Counted from the stretch's first letter, positions 19,948 through 29,998 are shown. The stretch: DNA of 64,000 nucleotides from Tidjanibacter sp. (GCA_045659085.1 JAZOWE010000006.1:47320-111319), one strand, 5' to 3'. Program-made: numbers and translations. Notes: generated by a model from the sequence alone, not told the origin.

Positions 19948-19984
19948 AAAGAGGGCTGTGATTTTGTCACAGCCCTCTTTTTTG
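19948..19984 (+). terminator. rho-independent terminator
   Basis: aaagagggctgtga-ttttg-tcacagccctcttt followed by Ts. Confidence 0.85.
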
Positions 19985-20004
19985 CCTACCGACATCGGGT
20001 GCAG

Positions 20005-20536
20005 AGAATGGAAAATTGAAAATGGAAAATTGAAAATTTTGGTGCGCCACAGGCGCGGGTATCAAAAAAGATACCCGTGAACAAGGGGAGGGCAAGGAGT
20101 GACAAGAGCGACAAGAGCGACAAGAGCGACAAGAGCGACAGGAACGACAAGAGCGACAGGAGTGACAAGAGCGACAAGAGCGACAAGAGCGACAGGAGTG
20201 ACAGGAATCCCTGTTCTCCTTGTCTTTCCTGTCTTTCTTGTTTTTCTTCTCGGGCGCCCCGCGCCCGCAGTCGGTAGTCGGTAGACCGTACCTATGGCGC
20301 ACAAGAAAATCTCCCCCGCAGTTTACATCAGCAGCAAAACGCACAAATAAGCGAGCGGATTTTAGACGGAGGAGTAACGGCGCTTTTGTGAGGATGGCTC
20401 TATTGAAAGCAAAATTTTCATATGGCGGAGGAATTTTTGTGCCAAACAAGAAGGCGAGTCCCGCAGTTTGCTTGACGCAAATGAGGAACTCGCCTATCGC
20501 AGAGCGGTGCAAAAAATTACCCGCTATATGGAAATT
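20005..20536. repeat. mosaic repeat island between GH3 and glyA
   Basis: GAAAAT arms, a GGGTATC palindrome, 12 GACA(A/G)GAG(C/T)-type 9-mers (20101-20208), CGGGCGCCCCGCGCCCGCAG and a TTTGC-N5-GCAAA core. Confidence 0.9.
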
Positions 20537-21817
20537 TTACCAGGCGAAAAGAGGATAATCCGCCATCAACGCATTAACATCGCGACGAACAGCTGCAATG
20601 TTCTCTTCGTTTTCGTGGTCGGAGAGTACGCGGTCGATAAGCTCTACGATGTAGTCCATCTTATCCTCTTTAAGACCACGGGTGGTGATGGCGGGGGTAC
20701 CGAAACGCAAGCCCGAAGTCTGGAAGGGCGAACGGCTGTCGAAGGGCACCATATTTTTATTGGTGGTAATATCGGCAGCAACGAGTACCTTCTCGGCAAC
20801 CTTACCGGTCAGTTCGGGGAACTTGGTGCGGAGGTCGATAAGCATAAGGTGGTTTTCGGTCTTACCCGACACTACCTTGTAGCCACGACGAGCGAATGCG
20901 TCGGCCATAGCAGCAGCATTCTTCACAACCTGTTTCTGATACTCGATGTAGGAGGGGTCGAGAGCCTCGCCAAAGGCAACAGCCTTAGCGGCGATGACAT
21001 GTTCGAGGGGACCGCCCTGAATACCGGGGAATACTGCCGAGTTGAGCACTGCCGACATCTTCTTAACAACGCCTTTGGGAGTAGTAAGGCCCCAAGGGTT
21101 GTCGAAGTCCTCGCCCATAAGGATGATACCGCCACGAGGACCACGGAGGGTTTTGTGTGTGGTGGAGGTCACGATGTGGGCATATTTCACGGGGTTATCC
21201 AAAAGGCCTGCGGCGATAAGGCCTGCGGTGTGAGCCATATCGACAAGCAGAATTGCGCCCACTTTGTCGGCAATCTCGCGCATACGCTTGTAGTCCCACT
21301 CACGCGAGTAGGCCGAAGCACCACCAATGATGAGTTTGGGTTTGTGCTCCAACGCCAGAGCCTCCATCTGGTCGTAATCTACGGTGCCCGTTTCGGGGTT
21401 GAGCTGGTAGCCCACAGCCTTGTAGTTCACACCCGACATATTTACGGGCGAACCGTGCGAGAGGTGACCACCGTGTGCAAGGTCGAGGCCCATAAAGGTA
21501 TCGCCCACTTTTAGGCAGGCGAAGAACACAGCCATATTGGCCTGTGCACCACTGTGGGGCTGCACATTGGCATACTCTGCGCCATAGAGTTTTTTCAGAC
21601 GCTCCTGAGCAAGGAGTTCCACCTTATCGACAACCTCACAACCGCCATAGTAGCGTGCTGCGGGATAGCCTTCGGCATACTTATTGGTAAGAATCGAACC
21701 CATAGCCTGCATTACCTGCTCGCTAACATAGTTCTCCGAGGCGATAAGTTCCAAGCCGTTGGTCTGACGGGCACACTCTTCGCCAATGAGGTCAAAAATT
21801 TCGTTGTCGTGTTTCAT
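20537..21817 (-). CDS. glyA: serine hydroxymethyltransferase
   Basis: [30 protein letters not shown]. Confidence 0.99.
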   Translation of the reverse strand: MKHDNEIFDLIGEECARQTNGLELIASENYVSEQVMQAMGSILTNKYAEGYPAARYYGGCEVVDKVELLAQERLKKLYGAEYANVQPHSGAQANMAVFFACLKVGDTFMGLDLAHGGHLSHGSPVNMSGVNYKAVGYQLNPETGTVDYDQMEALALEHKPKLIIGGASAYSREWDYKRMREIADKVGAILLVDMAHTAGLIAAGLLDNPVKYAHIVTSTTHKTLRGPRGGIILMGEDFDNPWGLTTPKGVVKKMSAVLNSAVFPGIQGGPLEHVIAAKAVAFGEALDPSYIEYQKQVVKNAAAMADAFARRGYKVVSGKTENHLMLIDLRTKFPELTGKVAEKVLVAADITTNKNMVPFDSRSPFQTSGLRFGTPAITTRGLKEDKMDYIVELIDRVLSDHENEENIAAVRRDVNALMADYPLFAW

Positions 21818-21876
21818 TTTGTTTTGTTATAGTGTTTTAGAGTTTTAAGTATTTTCCAAATTCTCTACCGATTTGA

Positions 21877-21936
21877 CAAAATTAGCGATTTTTCTGTTGA
21901 TTGATACATTTTGCAAAATAATTTTTCATATCTTTG
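21877..21936. promoter_or_regulatory. divergent glyA/fabG promoters
   Basis: TAATTTTG on - (21877-21884) and TATCTTTG on + (21929-21936). Confidence 0.6.
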
Positions 21937-21968
21937 AGAAACTTTTAATCAAAAAAGGTATTACGATT

Positions 21969-22715
21969 ATGGGACTTTTAGCAGGAAAGGTGGCTCTCGT
22001 TACGGGCGCAACGCGCGGCATCGGCCGAGCCATCGCACTCAAATACGCCTCCGAAGGGGCCGATGTGGCATTCACCTATCTCTCCTCGGCCTCGGCAGCC
22101 GAAGAACTCATCCGCGAGATTGAGGCTATGGGTGTCAGGGCTGCGGGCTACCGCTCCGACGCTTCCTCCTACGAGGAGGCACACACTCTCGCCTCGGAGG
22201 TGCAGAAAACTTTGGGCAGGATTGATATTCTTGTGCACAATGCGGGCATCACACGCGACACGCTGCTGATGCGTATGAGCGAGGAGATGTGGGACGCAGT
22301 CATCAACACCAACCTCAAATCGGCATTCAACATCACCCACGCCGTAGCCCCCATTATGGCTCGCCAGAGGGGTGGCTCAATTGTCTATATGAGCTCCGTT
22401 GTGGGCATTGGCGGCAATGCTGGTCAGGCAAACTATGCGGCCTCCAAAGCGGGACTCATAGCACTCTCGAAGAGTGTTGCCAAGGAGTTCGGCGCAAGGG
22501 GCGTAAGGGCCAACTGCATCGCACCGGGATTCATCCAGACCGATATGACTGCCGTACTTTCGGAAGAGATTCGAGCCTCCTTTGTCGAAAACATTTCGCT
22601 CCGCAGGGCCGGAACGCCCGAGGATGTTGCCGGTGTGGCACTATTCTTGGGTAGTGACCTCAGTGGCTATGTCACAGGGCAGACCATCGCCTGCTGTGGC
22701 GGAATGAGAGGATAG
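21969..22715 (+). CDS. fabG: 3-oxoacyl-ACP reductase
   Basis: TGATRGIG, NAGITRD, YAASKAG. Confidence 0.95.
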   Translation: MGLLAGKVALVTGATRGIGRAIALKYASEGADVAFTYLSSASAAEELIREIEAMGVRAAGYRSDASSYEEAHTLASEVQKTLGRIDILVHNAGITRDTLLMRMSEEMWDAVINTNLKSAFNITHAVAPIMARQRGGSIVYMSSVVGIGGNAGQANYAASKAGLIALSKSVAKEFGARGVRANCIAPGFIQTDMTAVLSEEIRASFVENISLRRAGTPEDVAGVALFLGSDLSGYVTGQTIACCGGMRG

Positions 22716-22724
22716 TTACAAAAT

Positions 22725-22912
22725 TCAAAATTGAAAATTGAAAATTCAAAATTCAAAATTATTTTACCAATTAAAAAAATATAACCAGAACTCGGGTGCG
22801 ATATATGAGGCAAGTTCAAGGCCTGCGAAGGGCGAAAAAGCGGAGTTTACTATGAGTAAATGAGCATTTTGAGCACGAGCGTAACGCAGAAATTGCCCAT
22901 AGAGCGCAGCCG
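22725..22912. repeat. GAAAATT array plus TTTAC-N5-GTAAA element
   Basis: Homologous to 7438-7559 and 36110-36229. Confidence 0.8.
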
Positions 22913-22953
22913 AACAGCACTCTGAAACACAAACTAACAAACAGAATAAAACT

Positions 22954-23529
22954 ATGGCATCAATTAAAGGCACACTTACTGAGCAGAACTTGCTCAAAGC
23001 ATTTGCTGGCGAGAGCCAGGCACGCAGTCGCTACACATTCTTCGCATCGCAGGCAAAGAAAGAGGGTTTCGAGCAGATTGCAGCAATTTTTATGGAGACT
23101 GCCGAGCAGGAGAAAGAGCACGCAAAGAGGTTCTTTAAGTTCCTCGAAGGTGGTATGGTTGAGATTACCGCTGCCTATCCCGCAGGCGTGATTGGCGACA
23201 CCGCAGCCAACCTCGAAGCAGCAGCTGCTGGCGAGCACGAGGAGTGGGCAGACCTCTACCCCGAGTTTGCAGCCGTTGCTGACGAGGAGGGTTTCCCCGC
23301 AGTGGCAGCCGCTTTCCGCAACATCTCAAAAGTTGAGGCCTACCACGAGCAGCGCTACCGCGCACTCTACGCTCGCGTAGCCGACGGCGAGGTTTTCCTC
23401 CGCAAAGACGAGATTACCTGGCAGTGCCGCAACTGCGGTTTCATCTATGTGGGTAAAGAGGCTCCCAAAGCTTGCCCCGCATGCCTCCACCCACAGAGCT
23501 ACTTCGAGCCTTTGAAAGACAATTTTTAG
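22954..23529 (+). CDS. rbr: rubrerythrin
   Basis: AFAGESQAR, EKEHAKRF, EHEE, CRNCG...CPAC. Confidence 0.97.
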   Translation: MASIKGTLTEQNLLKAFAGESQARSRYTFFASQAKKEGFEQIAAIFMETAEQEKEHAKRFFKFLEGGMVEITAAYPAGVIGDTAANLEAAAAGEHEEWADLYPEFAAVADEEGFPAVAAAFRNISKVEAYHEQRYRALYARVADGEVFLRKDEITWQCRNCGFIYVGKEAPKACPACLHPQSYFEPLKDNF

Positions 23530-23541
23530 GCTAATGCACTC

Positions 23542-23593
23542 TTACATCAAAGAGGGAGCTCAACAAATTTGTTGAGCACCCTCTTTGATGTAA
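23542..23593. terminator. long hairpin downstream of rbr
   Basis: ttacatcaaagaggg-agctcaacaa-at-ttgttgagca-ccctctttgatgtaa. Confidence 0.7.
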
Positions 23594-23875
23594 AAGTTTG
23601 TATAACAAGTGATGATTTTAGGCTTACGAAGCCCGAAAAACCGCAGTTTACTAGGCGTGTTTCATAATGCAAAGGTAGTGATTTTATATAATATGGTGTA
23701 GCAAGGAGCTCTTTGTGTCTTTTAATGGTACATTCTGCACCCTGCGGTTTACATCTTCCCGCGGCAATGGGATTGACTGCGCTGCGCTTGTCCATCCCCT
23801 ATCTCACGCAATCTTGGGATTACTGCACCGCCTACGGCGGTTTGTGATCCCCTACGCTCGCCGCGGGGCAGTTGC

Positions 23876-24010
23876 ACAACAAAGAAGATAGACCCTCGAA
23901 GAGGGTTATTTCTTGTACAAAAGGGTTGCGAACACTCGTGCAAGCACGGCATCGCAACCCTTTTATACAAGAAAACCTCCGCATTTGCGGAGGTCTATCT
24001 TCTTTGTTGT
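23876..24010. repeat. cruciform-like palindrome abutting the tRNA 3' end
   Basis: Perfect 19-bp outer IR, 23-bp inner IR with one mismatch, two side hairpins. Confidence 0.85.
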
Positions 24011-24084
24011 ACTCGGTATGGGATTCGAACCCATGATTTCAAGAATGAGAATCTTGCGTCCTGGACCAGCTAGACGAACCGAGC
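24010..24084 (-). tRNA. tRNA-Glu (CTC)
   Basis: Cloverleaf GCTCGGT...ACCGAGT-A; anticodon arm CAAGA-TTCTCAT-TCTTG; T-loop GGTTCGAATCC. Confidence 0.95.
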
Positions 24085-24104
24085 ATTGTTCCGTTTTGGT
24101 GGTG

Positions 24105-24135
24105 CAAAGATAGAGCAAAAATCCAAACCTCCAAA
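24105..24135 (-). promoter_or_regulatory. tRNA promoter
   Basis: TTTG-N19-TATCTTTG on -. Confidence 0.75.
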
Positions 24136-24179
24136 ACTTTTGCCAAAAAAAATAAAAATTTTGTGATTTTTTTGCAAAA

Positions 24180-24355
24180 ACCGCCAACTGCGGGCGCGAT
24201 GCCCCCGAAAGGAAAAACAAGAAAGATAGGAAAAATAGGAAGAACAAGGAGAACAGGGACGCCTGTCACTCTTGTCGCTCCTGTTTCTCCTGTCAATTCT
24301 GTCACTCCTTGTCCCCCTTGTTCACGGGTATCTTTTTTGATACCCGTGAACAAAG
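24180..24355. repeat. 9-mer inverted arms plus 35-bp GGGTATC palindrome
   Basis: tgttcacgggtatc-tttttt-gatacccgtgaacaa at 24319-24353. Confidence 0.85.
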
Positions 24356-24460
24356 AGAGTCCCCAATTTTACATTTCCGATTCAAAACACTATATTTGTG
24401 GTGTCGGAAGGATATAATTCCCTCCGACACATATATTGTGAAAGTGTTTTCGCACTGTCC

Positions 24461-24624
24461 CAAGTAGAAAATGTGGAAGTTTTCAATGCAAGAGGACAAC
24501 GAAGAGCACTCACTACCTGTATAGATATGTGGCGCATCTTTTGCGATGCAACCTCACATACTATTTAGGTGTGGGGTATTGCATCGTTTATTCTTGCATG
24601 GGTCTTTCCACAACCTTCTACTTG
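24461..24624. other. 164-nt imperfect rod-like inverted repeat
   Basis: Nested complementary blocks caagtagaa/ttctacttg, tgtggaa/ttccaca, atgcaaga/tcttgcat, gcatc/gatgc. Confidence 0.7.
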
Positions 24625-24714
24625 ATAGACGATAAATAGGCTCCACACTTTCTTTTTACCCCTATACTAACCCGATTGTCGGGAGCCACAATCACAAAAA
24701 AAATGATGAGACTT

Positions 24715-25329
24715 ATGAAGTTTTGTAAGTTGTTTTGTGTGCTGACACTTGTCGCCACCTCTTCCCTGTTTGTCGGTTGTGAATCCGAAGAAGATCCCTA
24801 TGTTTCTCCCTCCGGTCAGGAGGTCGCACCCGATGTTGTTGTCAACACTCCCAGCGATGCCGTAACCCTCAATCTATTGATTGACGATGAGTTGGCATCT
24901 TACTACTCCCTAACAGATGCTTTCAATTGGGATTCAGACAATAGTTACAATAGCACAAGACACAAATACGAAGGAGTTGAATACGACTTGACTCGCCAGC
25001 GTTTAATTTGTGATTTGGGAGCAATGAACGGTTTGGGAAACATCACCACATTCTCCACTCCCAATCCGGCACTCGAGTGTGCCATCTTTAAGGGGCATGG
25101 TTATATATTCTATAACGAGATTAGTAGTGATGGAATTTCGGCTCGTGATGAGGATGGATACTATTCTTATACCGTCGAAGACGAAGCATTACGAGTGGCT
25201 ATCATAAACGATTATTACCGCACCCATGGTGGTGGATTTGACTACTATTGTGTTTGGGTTGAAGATGTCTTCGCAAATGGTATAACTGTAAAGTATGTAA
25301 TTCGCAGGCAAAATGTTGTAACAGAATAG
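24715..25329 (+). CDS. hypothetical lipoprotein
   Basis: Lipobox FVGC followed by an acidic segment; AT-rich. Confidence 0.75.
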   Translation: MKFCKLFCVLTLVATSSLFVGCESEEDPYVSPSGQEVAPDVVVNTPSDAVTLNLLIDDELASYYSLTDAFNWDSDNSYNSTRHKYEGVEYDLTRQRLICDLGAMNGLGNITTFSTPNPALECAIFKGHGYIFYNEISSDGISARDEDGYYSYTVEDEALRVAIINDYYRTHGGGFDYYCVWVEDVFANGITVKYVIRRQNVVTE

Positions 25330-25354
25330 CCCCCCATCTCAAAAAATCATAACT

Positions 25355-26152
25355 ATGAAAAAAAATTACTTCTTATTGTTAGTTGTGCTATTTTTCGGAG
25401 CAACAACCTTTGCGCAGGATGTAATCGTGCGCAAGGATGGCACAACAATTCTCGCCAAGGTGGAGAAGGTTGGCGAGGCTACGGTTGAGTACCGCAAGTG
25501 GGACAATCAGGAGGGTCCCATCTACACCCTCTCGACACGCAAAATTCTATCCATCAATTACCAGAACAGCTCGCACGACAGTTTTGCCGATGTTGCAGAT
25601 ACAGATAGCACCGTAACCTCTTCTGGCATAAAGGCATCCAATGCCCCTATCTCCTCGGAGTTGCAGACGCAAAGCTCCGCCCAAACCACTACAACCACCA
25701 CAACCACTACAAAGAAATCCAATTGGTATCGCGATGAAACTTGGTATGTGATGAACCAAGACCTTATTGGTTTTTGTATAAGTATGGATGACGATGGACT
25801 TTTCGGCACCCAAACCTCCATATTATTAGCCCGCAATTTGGGAAGATTCTTCTCTGCCGGTATAGGCTTTGAGATTTTTACCGACACCCACTACCAATAC
25901 TACGACAACAACAGCCTATACAGCATCTATGCCGACATACAATGGTACATATTGGGCAAAAAGAAATTTACACCATTCTACGATGTGAGATTGGGTTGTT
26001 GTGTGGAGGATGGCGGTGTGTATGCAAGTGCGCGATTTGGCTTCGCCATCCACAATGTTACCATTTCCTATGGAGTGACCGAACGATGTGAAGTCTACCC
26101 TGGTCTTTGGCCCTCATTTGACATAAGTTTGGGCTGGGCGATCCGCTTCTAA
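25355..26152 (+). CDS. exported protein with C-terminal beta-barrel
   Basis: Signal peptide; QDVIVRKDG..ILAKV N-domain, Thr-rich linker, C-terminal GWAIRF. Confidence 0.7.
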   Translation: MKKNYFLLLVVLFFGATTFAQDVIVRKDGTTILAKVEKVGEATVEYRKWDNQEGPIYTLSTRKILSINYQNSSHDSFADVADTDSTVTSSGIKASNAPISSELQTQSSAQTTTTTTTTTKKSNWYRDETWYVMNQDLIGFCISMDDDGLFGTQTSILLARNLGRFFSAGIGFEIFTDTHYQYYDNNSLYSIYADIQWYILGKKKFTPFYDVRLGCCVEDGGVYASARFGFAIHNVTISYGVTERCEVYPGLWPSFDISLGWAIRF

Positions 26153-26170
26153 TCGGGCAACCCTCCAAAA

Positions 26171-26205
26171 TGTTCACGGGTATCTTTTTTGATACCCGTG
26201 AACAA
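26171..26205. repeat. 35-bp GGGTATC palindrome
   Basis: Identical to 24319-24353. Confidence 0.9.
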
Positions 26206-26293
26206 GGGGGGGCAACTCCTCTACTCCTCCCCTCCCCTAACTTAGGGGCGGGGGGAGAAATGAGGAAAGAGGAAAGAGTAATAGGAGGAGGAG

Positions 26294-26427
26294 CCCTAAA
26301 TACCCTAAATACCCTAAATACCCTAAATACCCTAAATACCCTAAATACCCTAAACACCCTAAATACCCTAAATACCCTAAATACCCTAAATTCCTTAAAG
26401 CCCTTAAAGCCCTTAAAGCCCTTAAAC
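26294..26427. repeat. 9-bp tandem array (CCCTAAATA)x11 plus (CCCTTAAAG)-type units
   Basis: Read directly from the sequence. Confidence 0.95.
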
Positions 26428-26541
26428 TCCCAAATCAATTTTAGTCGCACAAAAAAAATCTCCATTGCAGTTGCTTTAAGCAAACCACAATGGAGATTTG
26501 TCGTAGCACGACGACAAAATCGTCGCCTATCAGATGCTTTA

Positions 26542-27300
26542 TTACTCTTCGGGGAACGACACCAAGATGCGACCGCAATACTCGCAGATGATAATCTTCT
26601 TGCCCTGGCGAATCTCGCTCTGACGCTGGGGAGGAATGCGGTTGTAGCAACCACCGCAGGCGTCACGCTTAACCGACACCACAGCCAAACCGTTGCGAAC
26701 ATTCGAACGGATGCGGTTGTAGGCGGTCAGAAGGCGCTCGTCGATAACCTCGCGAGCCTTCTCCTCCTCTGCCCTGAGAGCCTCAACATCTTTTGCGGTC
26801 TCGGCATCGATGGAGTCCAACTCCTCGCGTTTGGCAGCCAAATCTACGCTACGCTCGGCCTTAACAGCCTCGGCGTCCTCCAAAGCCTGTTTCTTAACCT
26901 TCAATGCAGCGGTGTACTCCCTGATATGTTTCTCGCAGAGCTGGTTCTGCAACTCCTGATACTCAATCTCCTTACCGATAGCGTCGAACTCGCGGTTGTT
27001 GCGCACATTGTTCTGCTGCTCGGTATATTTAACGATCATAGCCTTATTCTGCTCAATCTCCTCTTTTGCCTGACGGGTGAGGGCGTTGAGTTCGTCGATG
27101 TCGGCCTGGATTTTGTCGATGCGTGTCTGCAAACCTGCAACCTCGTCTTCCAAGTCGGCAACCTCGATGGGGAGTTCGCCTTTTACCTTGTTGATTTCGT
27201 CAATTTTAGAGTCGATTTTCTGCAACTCATAGAGTGCTTTGATGCGCTCCTGCATAGTGTAGTCGCTACCCTCTGCTGCTTTTTTGTTTGTTGTTGCCAT
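26542..27300 (-). CDS. coiled-coil protein with C4 zinc ribbon (DUF164-like)
   Basis: Long coiled coil; CGGC...CEYCGRIL. Confidence 0.9.
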   Translation of the reverse strand: MATTNKKAAEGSDYTMQERIKALYELQKIDSKIDEINKVKGELPIEVADLEDEVAGLQTRIDKIQADIDELNALTRQAKEEIEQNKAMIVKYTEQQNNVRNNREFDAIGKEIEYQELQNQLCEKHIREYTAALKVKKQALEDAEAVKAERSVDLAAKREELDSIDAETAKDVEALRAEEEKAREVIDERLLTAYNRIRSNVRNGLAVVSVKRDACGGCYNRIPPQRQSEIRQGKKIIICEYCGRILVSFPEE

Positions 27301-27324
27301 AGATTCTAACCTATATTTTATTTC

Positions 27325-28119
27325 TTAGTTATTTCCCTTAACCATATAGTGCACCGGATTTTCCGAACAAGTGCTCTTATGGGGTGCAAAAGTAGATATT
27401 TTTTTTGACAATATCTCAAACAAAATATCAATTGCAAAAATTTCGGTCTCAAAATGTCCCGCATCGACCAAAATCATACGGTCGGCATCGACAAAATCGT
27501 GGTATTTGAAGTCTGCCGAGAGGTAGAGGTCGGCACCCGCAGCCTCCGCCTCGCCAATGAGCGAGCCTCCCGAGCCGGTGCATATCGCCACCCTCTCAAC
27601 CCTATCTATTCGCACGGGGCTGTGGCGCAACACGCTCACTCCCAACTTTTCGGCAATGAGTCCCAACGCCTTTGCGGGCTCCACGGGCTCCTTGAAGCGT
27701 GCCACCACGCCAATACCCACACCCATCTCCTTTGCGGGGGCAAGCACACCCTCCTCCTCCAAGCCGAGGAGTTTTGCAAGGTGGTGACTGAGTCCCCTTT
27801 CGGGAGCACTGTCGAGGTTGGTATGTGCAGCATAGAGAGCCACACCCGAGGCAATAGCCTTTGCAATGGCTCGTTGCTGGCGGTTGGCATATACCAGGCG
27901 TTTGAGGGGGCTGAAAATTATGGGGTGGTGTGTCACAACCATCGAGGCGCCCTTGCAGATAGCCTCCTCCACAACCTCCTCGGTGGCATCGAGGGCCACC
28001 ACAATACCCGAAACCTCAGCCTCGGGATCGCCCACAACCAATCCGGCATTGTCGTACGACTCCTGCCACGCAAGAGGAACACTCTCCTCCAAAATATGTA
28101 CTACATCCTTGACTTTCAT
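27325..28119 (-). CDS. Nif3-like dinuclear metal centre protein
   Basis: QESYDNAGL, THHPIIF, HTNLD, DAGHFETE. Confidence 0.92.
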   Translation of the reverse strand: MKVKDVVHILEESVPLAWQESYDNAGLVVGDPEAEVSGIVVALDATEEVVEEAICKGASMVVTHHPIIFSPLKRLVYANRQQRAIAKAIASGVALYAAHTNLDSAPERGLSHHLAKLLGLEEEGVLAPAKEMGVGIGVVARFKEPVEPAKALGLIAEKLGVSVLRHSPVRIDRVERVAICTGSGGSLIGEAEAAGADLYLSADFKYHDFVDADRMILVDAGHFETEIFAIDILFEILSKKISTFAPHKSTCSENPVHYMVKGNN

Positions 28120-28141
28120 CACACTTTCTCTACGCTCCTGA

Positions 28142-28816
28142 TTAGAACAGAGTCTGTTCAATAACCTGTTTTTTGGCCTCCTTGGAGTTCTTCTTAGCCA
28201 CCGCAAGGCGTATATCCTCGGGCGAGAACAAATCGCCACCAATCAGCGTACCCATCTTGGGTGTGCGTGGCTTCTTGGGCTCTTCGGGCCGAGGCTCGGT
28301 GGTGGGCATCTCCATCTTAAAGTCAGCCAGCTGCTCCTTTATGGGCTCGGACTTTGCAGGCTCTGCCACCATAGGTTCCTCGGTCTGCTCCGGCTCGGCC
28401 ACAACCTCGGGGGCACTCTCCACAACGGCCACAATCTCCTCCGAAGACTCCTCGTCAATCTCAATAACCTCCATCTCGTCGCCAAGTTCTGCCCTAAGTG
28501 CGGCAAGCATATTGCGTATCGAACGCAGGCGCTCGACAATCTCTGCCTCGTGGCTCACGCCGTCACGATTTTGGCGGATGCGTTTTTTGGCACCTTCGAG
28601 AGTCATACCCTGCTCCTTCACCAAGTGGTAGATAATTCGCAGGTTGTCGACATCGGCGGTGGTGTACATTCGGTGTCCGCGCGAGTTTTTGGCGATTTTC
28701 AGAATGGGGAACTCCGATTCCCAAAACCTCAGCAGCGAGGCATTGACACCAAACAAGTCACACACCTCGCCCATAGAGTAGTAAATTTTACCTTTGGGAT
28801 GAACAATCTCTTCCAT
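28142..28816 (-). CDS. MerR-family HTH regulator with long C-terminal tail
   Basis: YYSMGEVCDLFGVNASLLRFWE...GHRMYT. Confidence 0.88.
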   Translation of the reverse strand: MEEIVHPKGKIYYSMGEVCDLFGVNASLLRFWESEFPILKIAKNSRGHRMYTTADVDNLRIIYHLVKEQGMTLEGAKKRIRQNRDGVSHEAEIVERLRSIRNMLAALRAELGDEMEVIEIDEESSEEIVAVVESAPEVVAEPEQTEEPMVAEPAKSEPIKEQLADFKMEMPTTEPRPEEPKKPRTPKMGTLIGGDLFSPEDIRLAVAKKNSKEAKKQVIEQTLF

Positions 28817-28873
28817 AAAAAATGCGTATATTTGGCGCAAGTTACAAATTTTTTAGAATAAGGACAACAACAA

Positions 28874-29272
28874 ATGGCTAAAACCAACCGTCAGAATATA
28901 AAAATAGTAGGTCGCGTGACCTACGGCAACGGTTTAGGTCAAAAGCTTGGCTTTCCAACCGCCAACATTGAGCCCTCTCATCCACTCCCCAAGGTGGCCG
29001 ACGGTGTGTGGGCGGGCTTTGCCGAGGTAGAAGGCAAGCCCTACGAGAGTGTTATAAATATAGGTTATAGCCCCTCGGTTGTGGAGAATGGCGCAAGACG
29101 AATAGAGGCTCACATTGTGGGCTTCGAGGGCAACCTCTACGGCCAAGAGATAACACTCTATCTTGTCTACCACTTGCGCGAGGAGCGTAAGTTCGGCTCC
29201 CGCGAGGAGCTTGTGGCTCAGATTGAGCGCGACCGCAACAAGGCCCTCGACCTACTAAGCATCAAGGAATAG
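28874..29272 (+). CDS. stand-alone riboflavin kinase domain
   Basis: GQKLGFPTAN, IEAHI, LREERKF; no FAD synthetase N-domain. Confidence 0.88.
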   Translation: MAKTNRQNIKIVGRVTYGNGLGQKLGFPTANIEPSHPLPKVADGVWAGFAEVEGKPYESVINIGYSPSVVENGARRIEAHIVGFEGNLYGQEITLYLVYHLREERKFGSREELVAQIERDRNKALDLLSIKE

Positions 29273-29297
29273 AAACTTACTAAAAAACTATACGACT

Positions 29298-29606
29298 ATG
29301 GCAAACGAACAGAACAACCAGCACAAACTCGAATTCGAGCTCTCGCCCGAAGTAGCTCAGGGACAGTATGCAAACCTCGCGATTATTGCACACTCCGCCT
29401 CGGAGTTCATTCTCGACTTTGCGGCAATGCTCCCCGGATTGCAGAAGGCAAAGGTCAAGAGCCGCATTGTGACAACCCCCGAACACGCCAAGAAACTTAT
29501 GCTCTCACTCCAAGAGAACATTGCCCGCTATGAGCGCACCTTCGGACAAATCAATCTCTCGAAACCCTCGCACAACAACCCTATGAGTGGCGGCGGTTTT
29601 GCATAA
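29298..29606 (+). CDS. DUF3467 family protein
   Basis: YANLAIIAHSASEFILDF, SRIVTTPEHAK. Confidence 0.85.
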   Translation: MANEQNNQHKLEFELSPEVAQGQYANLAIIAHSASEFILDFAAMLPGLQKAKVKSRIVTTPEHAKKLMLSLQENIARYERTFGQINLSKPSHNNPMSGGGFA

Positions 29607-29628
29607 AGCCCCTTACACCATTAAAAAT

Positions 29629-29669
29629 AATAGAGAGTTACCTGCGAGGCAACTCTCTATTGTTTTTTT
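29629..29669 (+). terminator. rho-independent terminator
   Basis: aatagagagtt..cct-gcg-agg..aactctctatt plus T7. Confidence 0.8.
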
Positions 29670-29676
29670 GGGGTAG

Positions 29677-29998
29677 GGTTTTTAAGGTTTTTAGGGTATT
29701 TAGAGTATTTAGAGTATTTAGAGTATTTAGAGTATTTAGAGTATTTAGGGCATTTAGGGTAAATTCCTTACAAAATAAAAGTTTACTAATCGGGCAGTTA
29801 AAAAACGCATAGAAGCGAGCGAGTTTTAGGCGGAGGCGTAACGCCTCTTTTGTGAGGGTGGTTCTCTTGAAAGTAAAAGCGCATAGAGCGGAGGAAATTT
29901 TGTGCCAAACAAGAAGGCGAGTCCGCAGTTTGCTTATCGCAAATGAGGAACTCGCCTATCGAAGAGCGGTGCAAAATTTACCCGCTATATGTACTTTT
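29677..29998. repeat. (TATTTAGAG)n array plus TTTGC-N5-GCAAA element
   Basis: 9-mer array at 29677-29760; 29885-29998 closely matches 20423-20536. Confidence 0.9.

Noticed and set aside
26058-26702. ORFs with RVF/LNT, DKS, TRA or CRS repeats (also 1219-1736, 19967-20304, 61443-61840)
   Set aside because: Translations of 9-bp DNA repeats; open in several frames, with no independent coding evidence.
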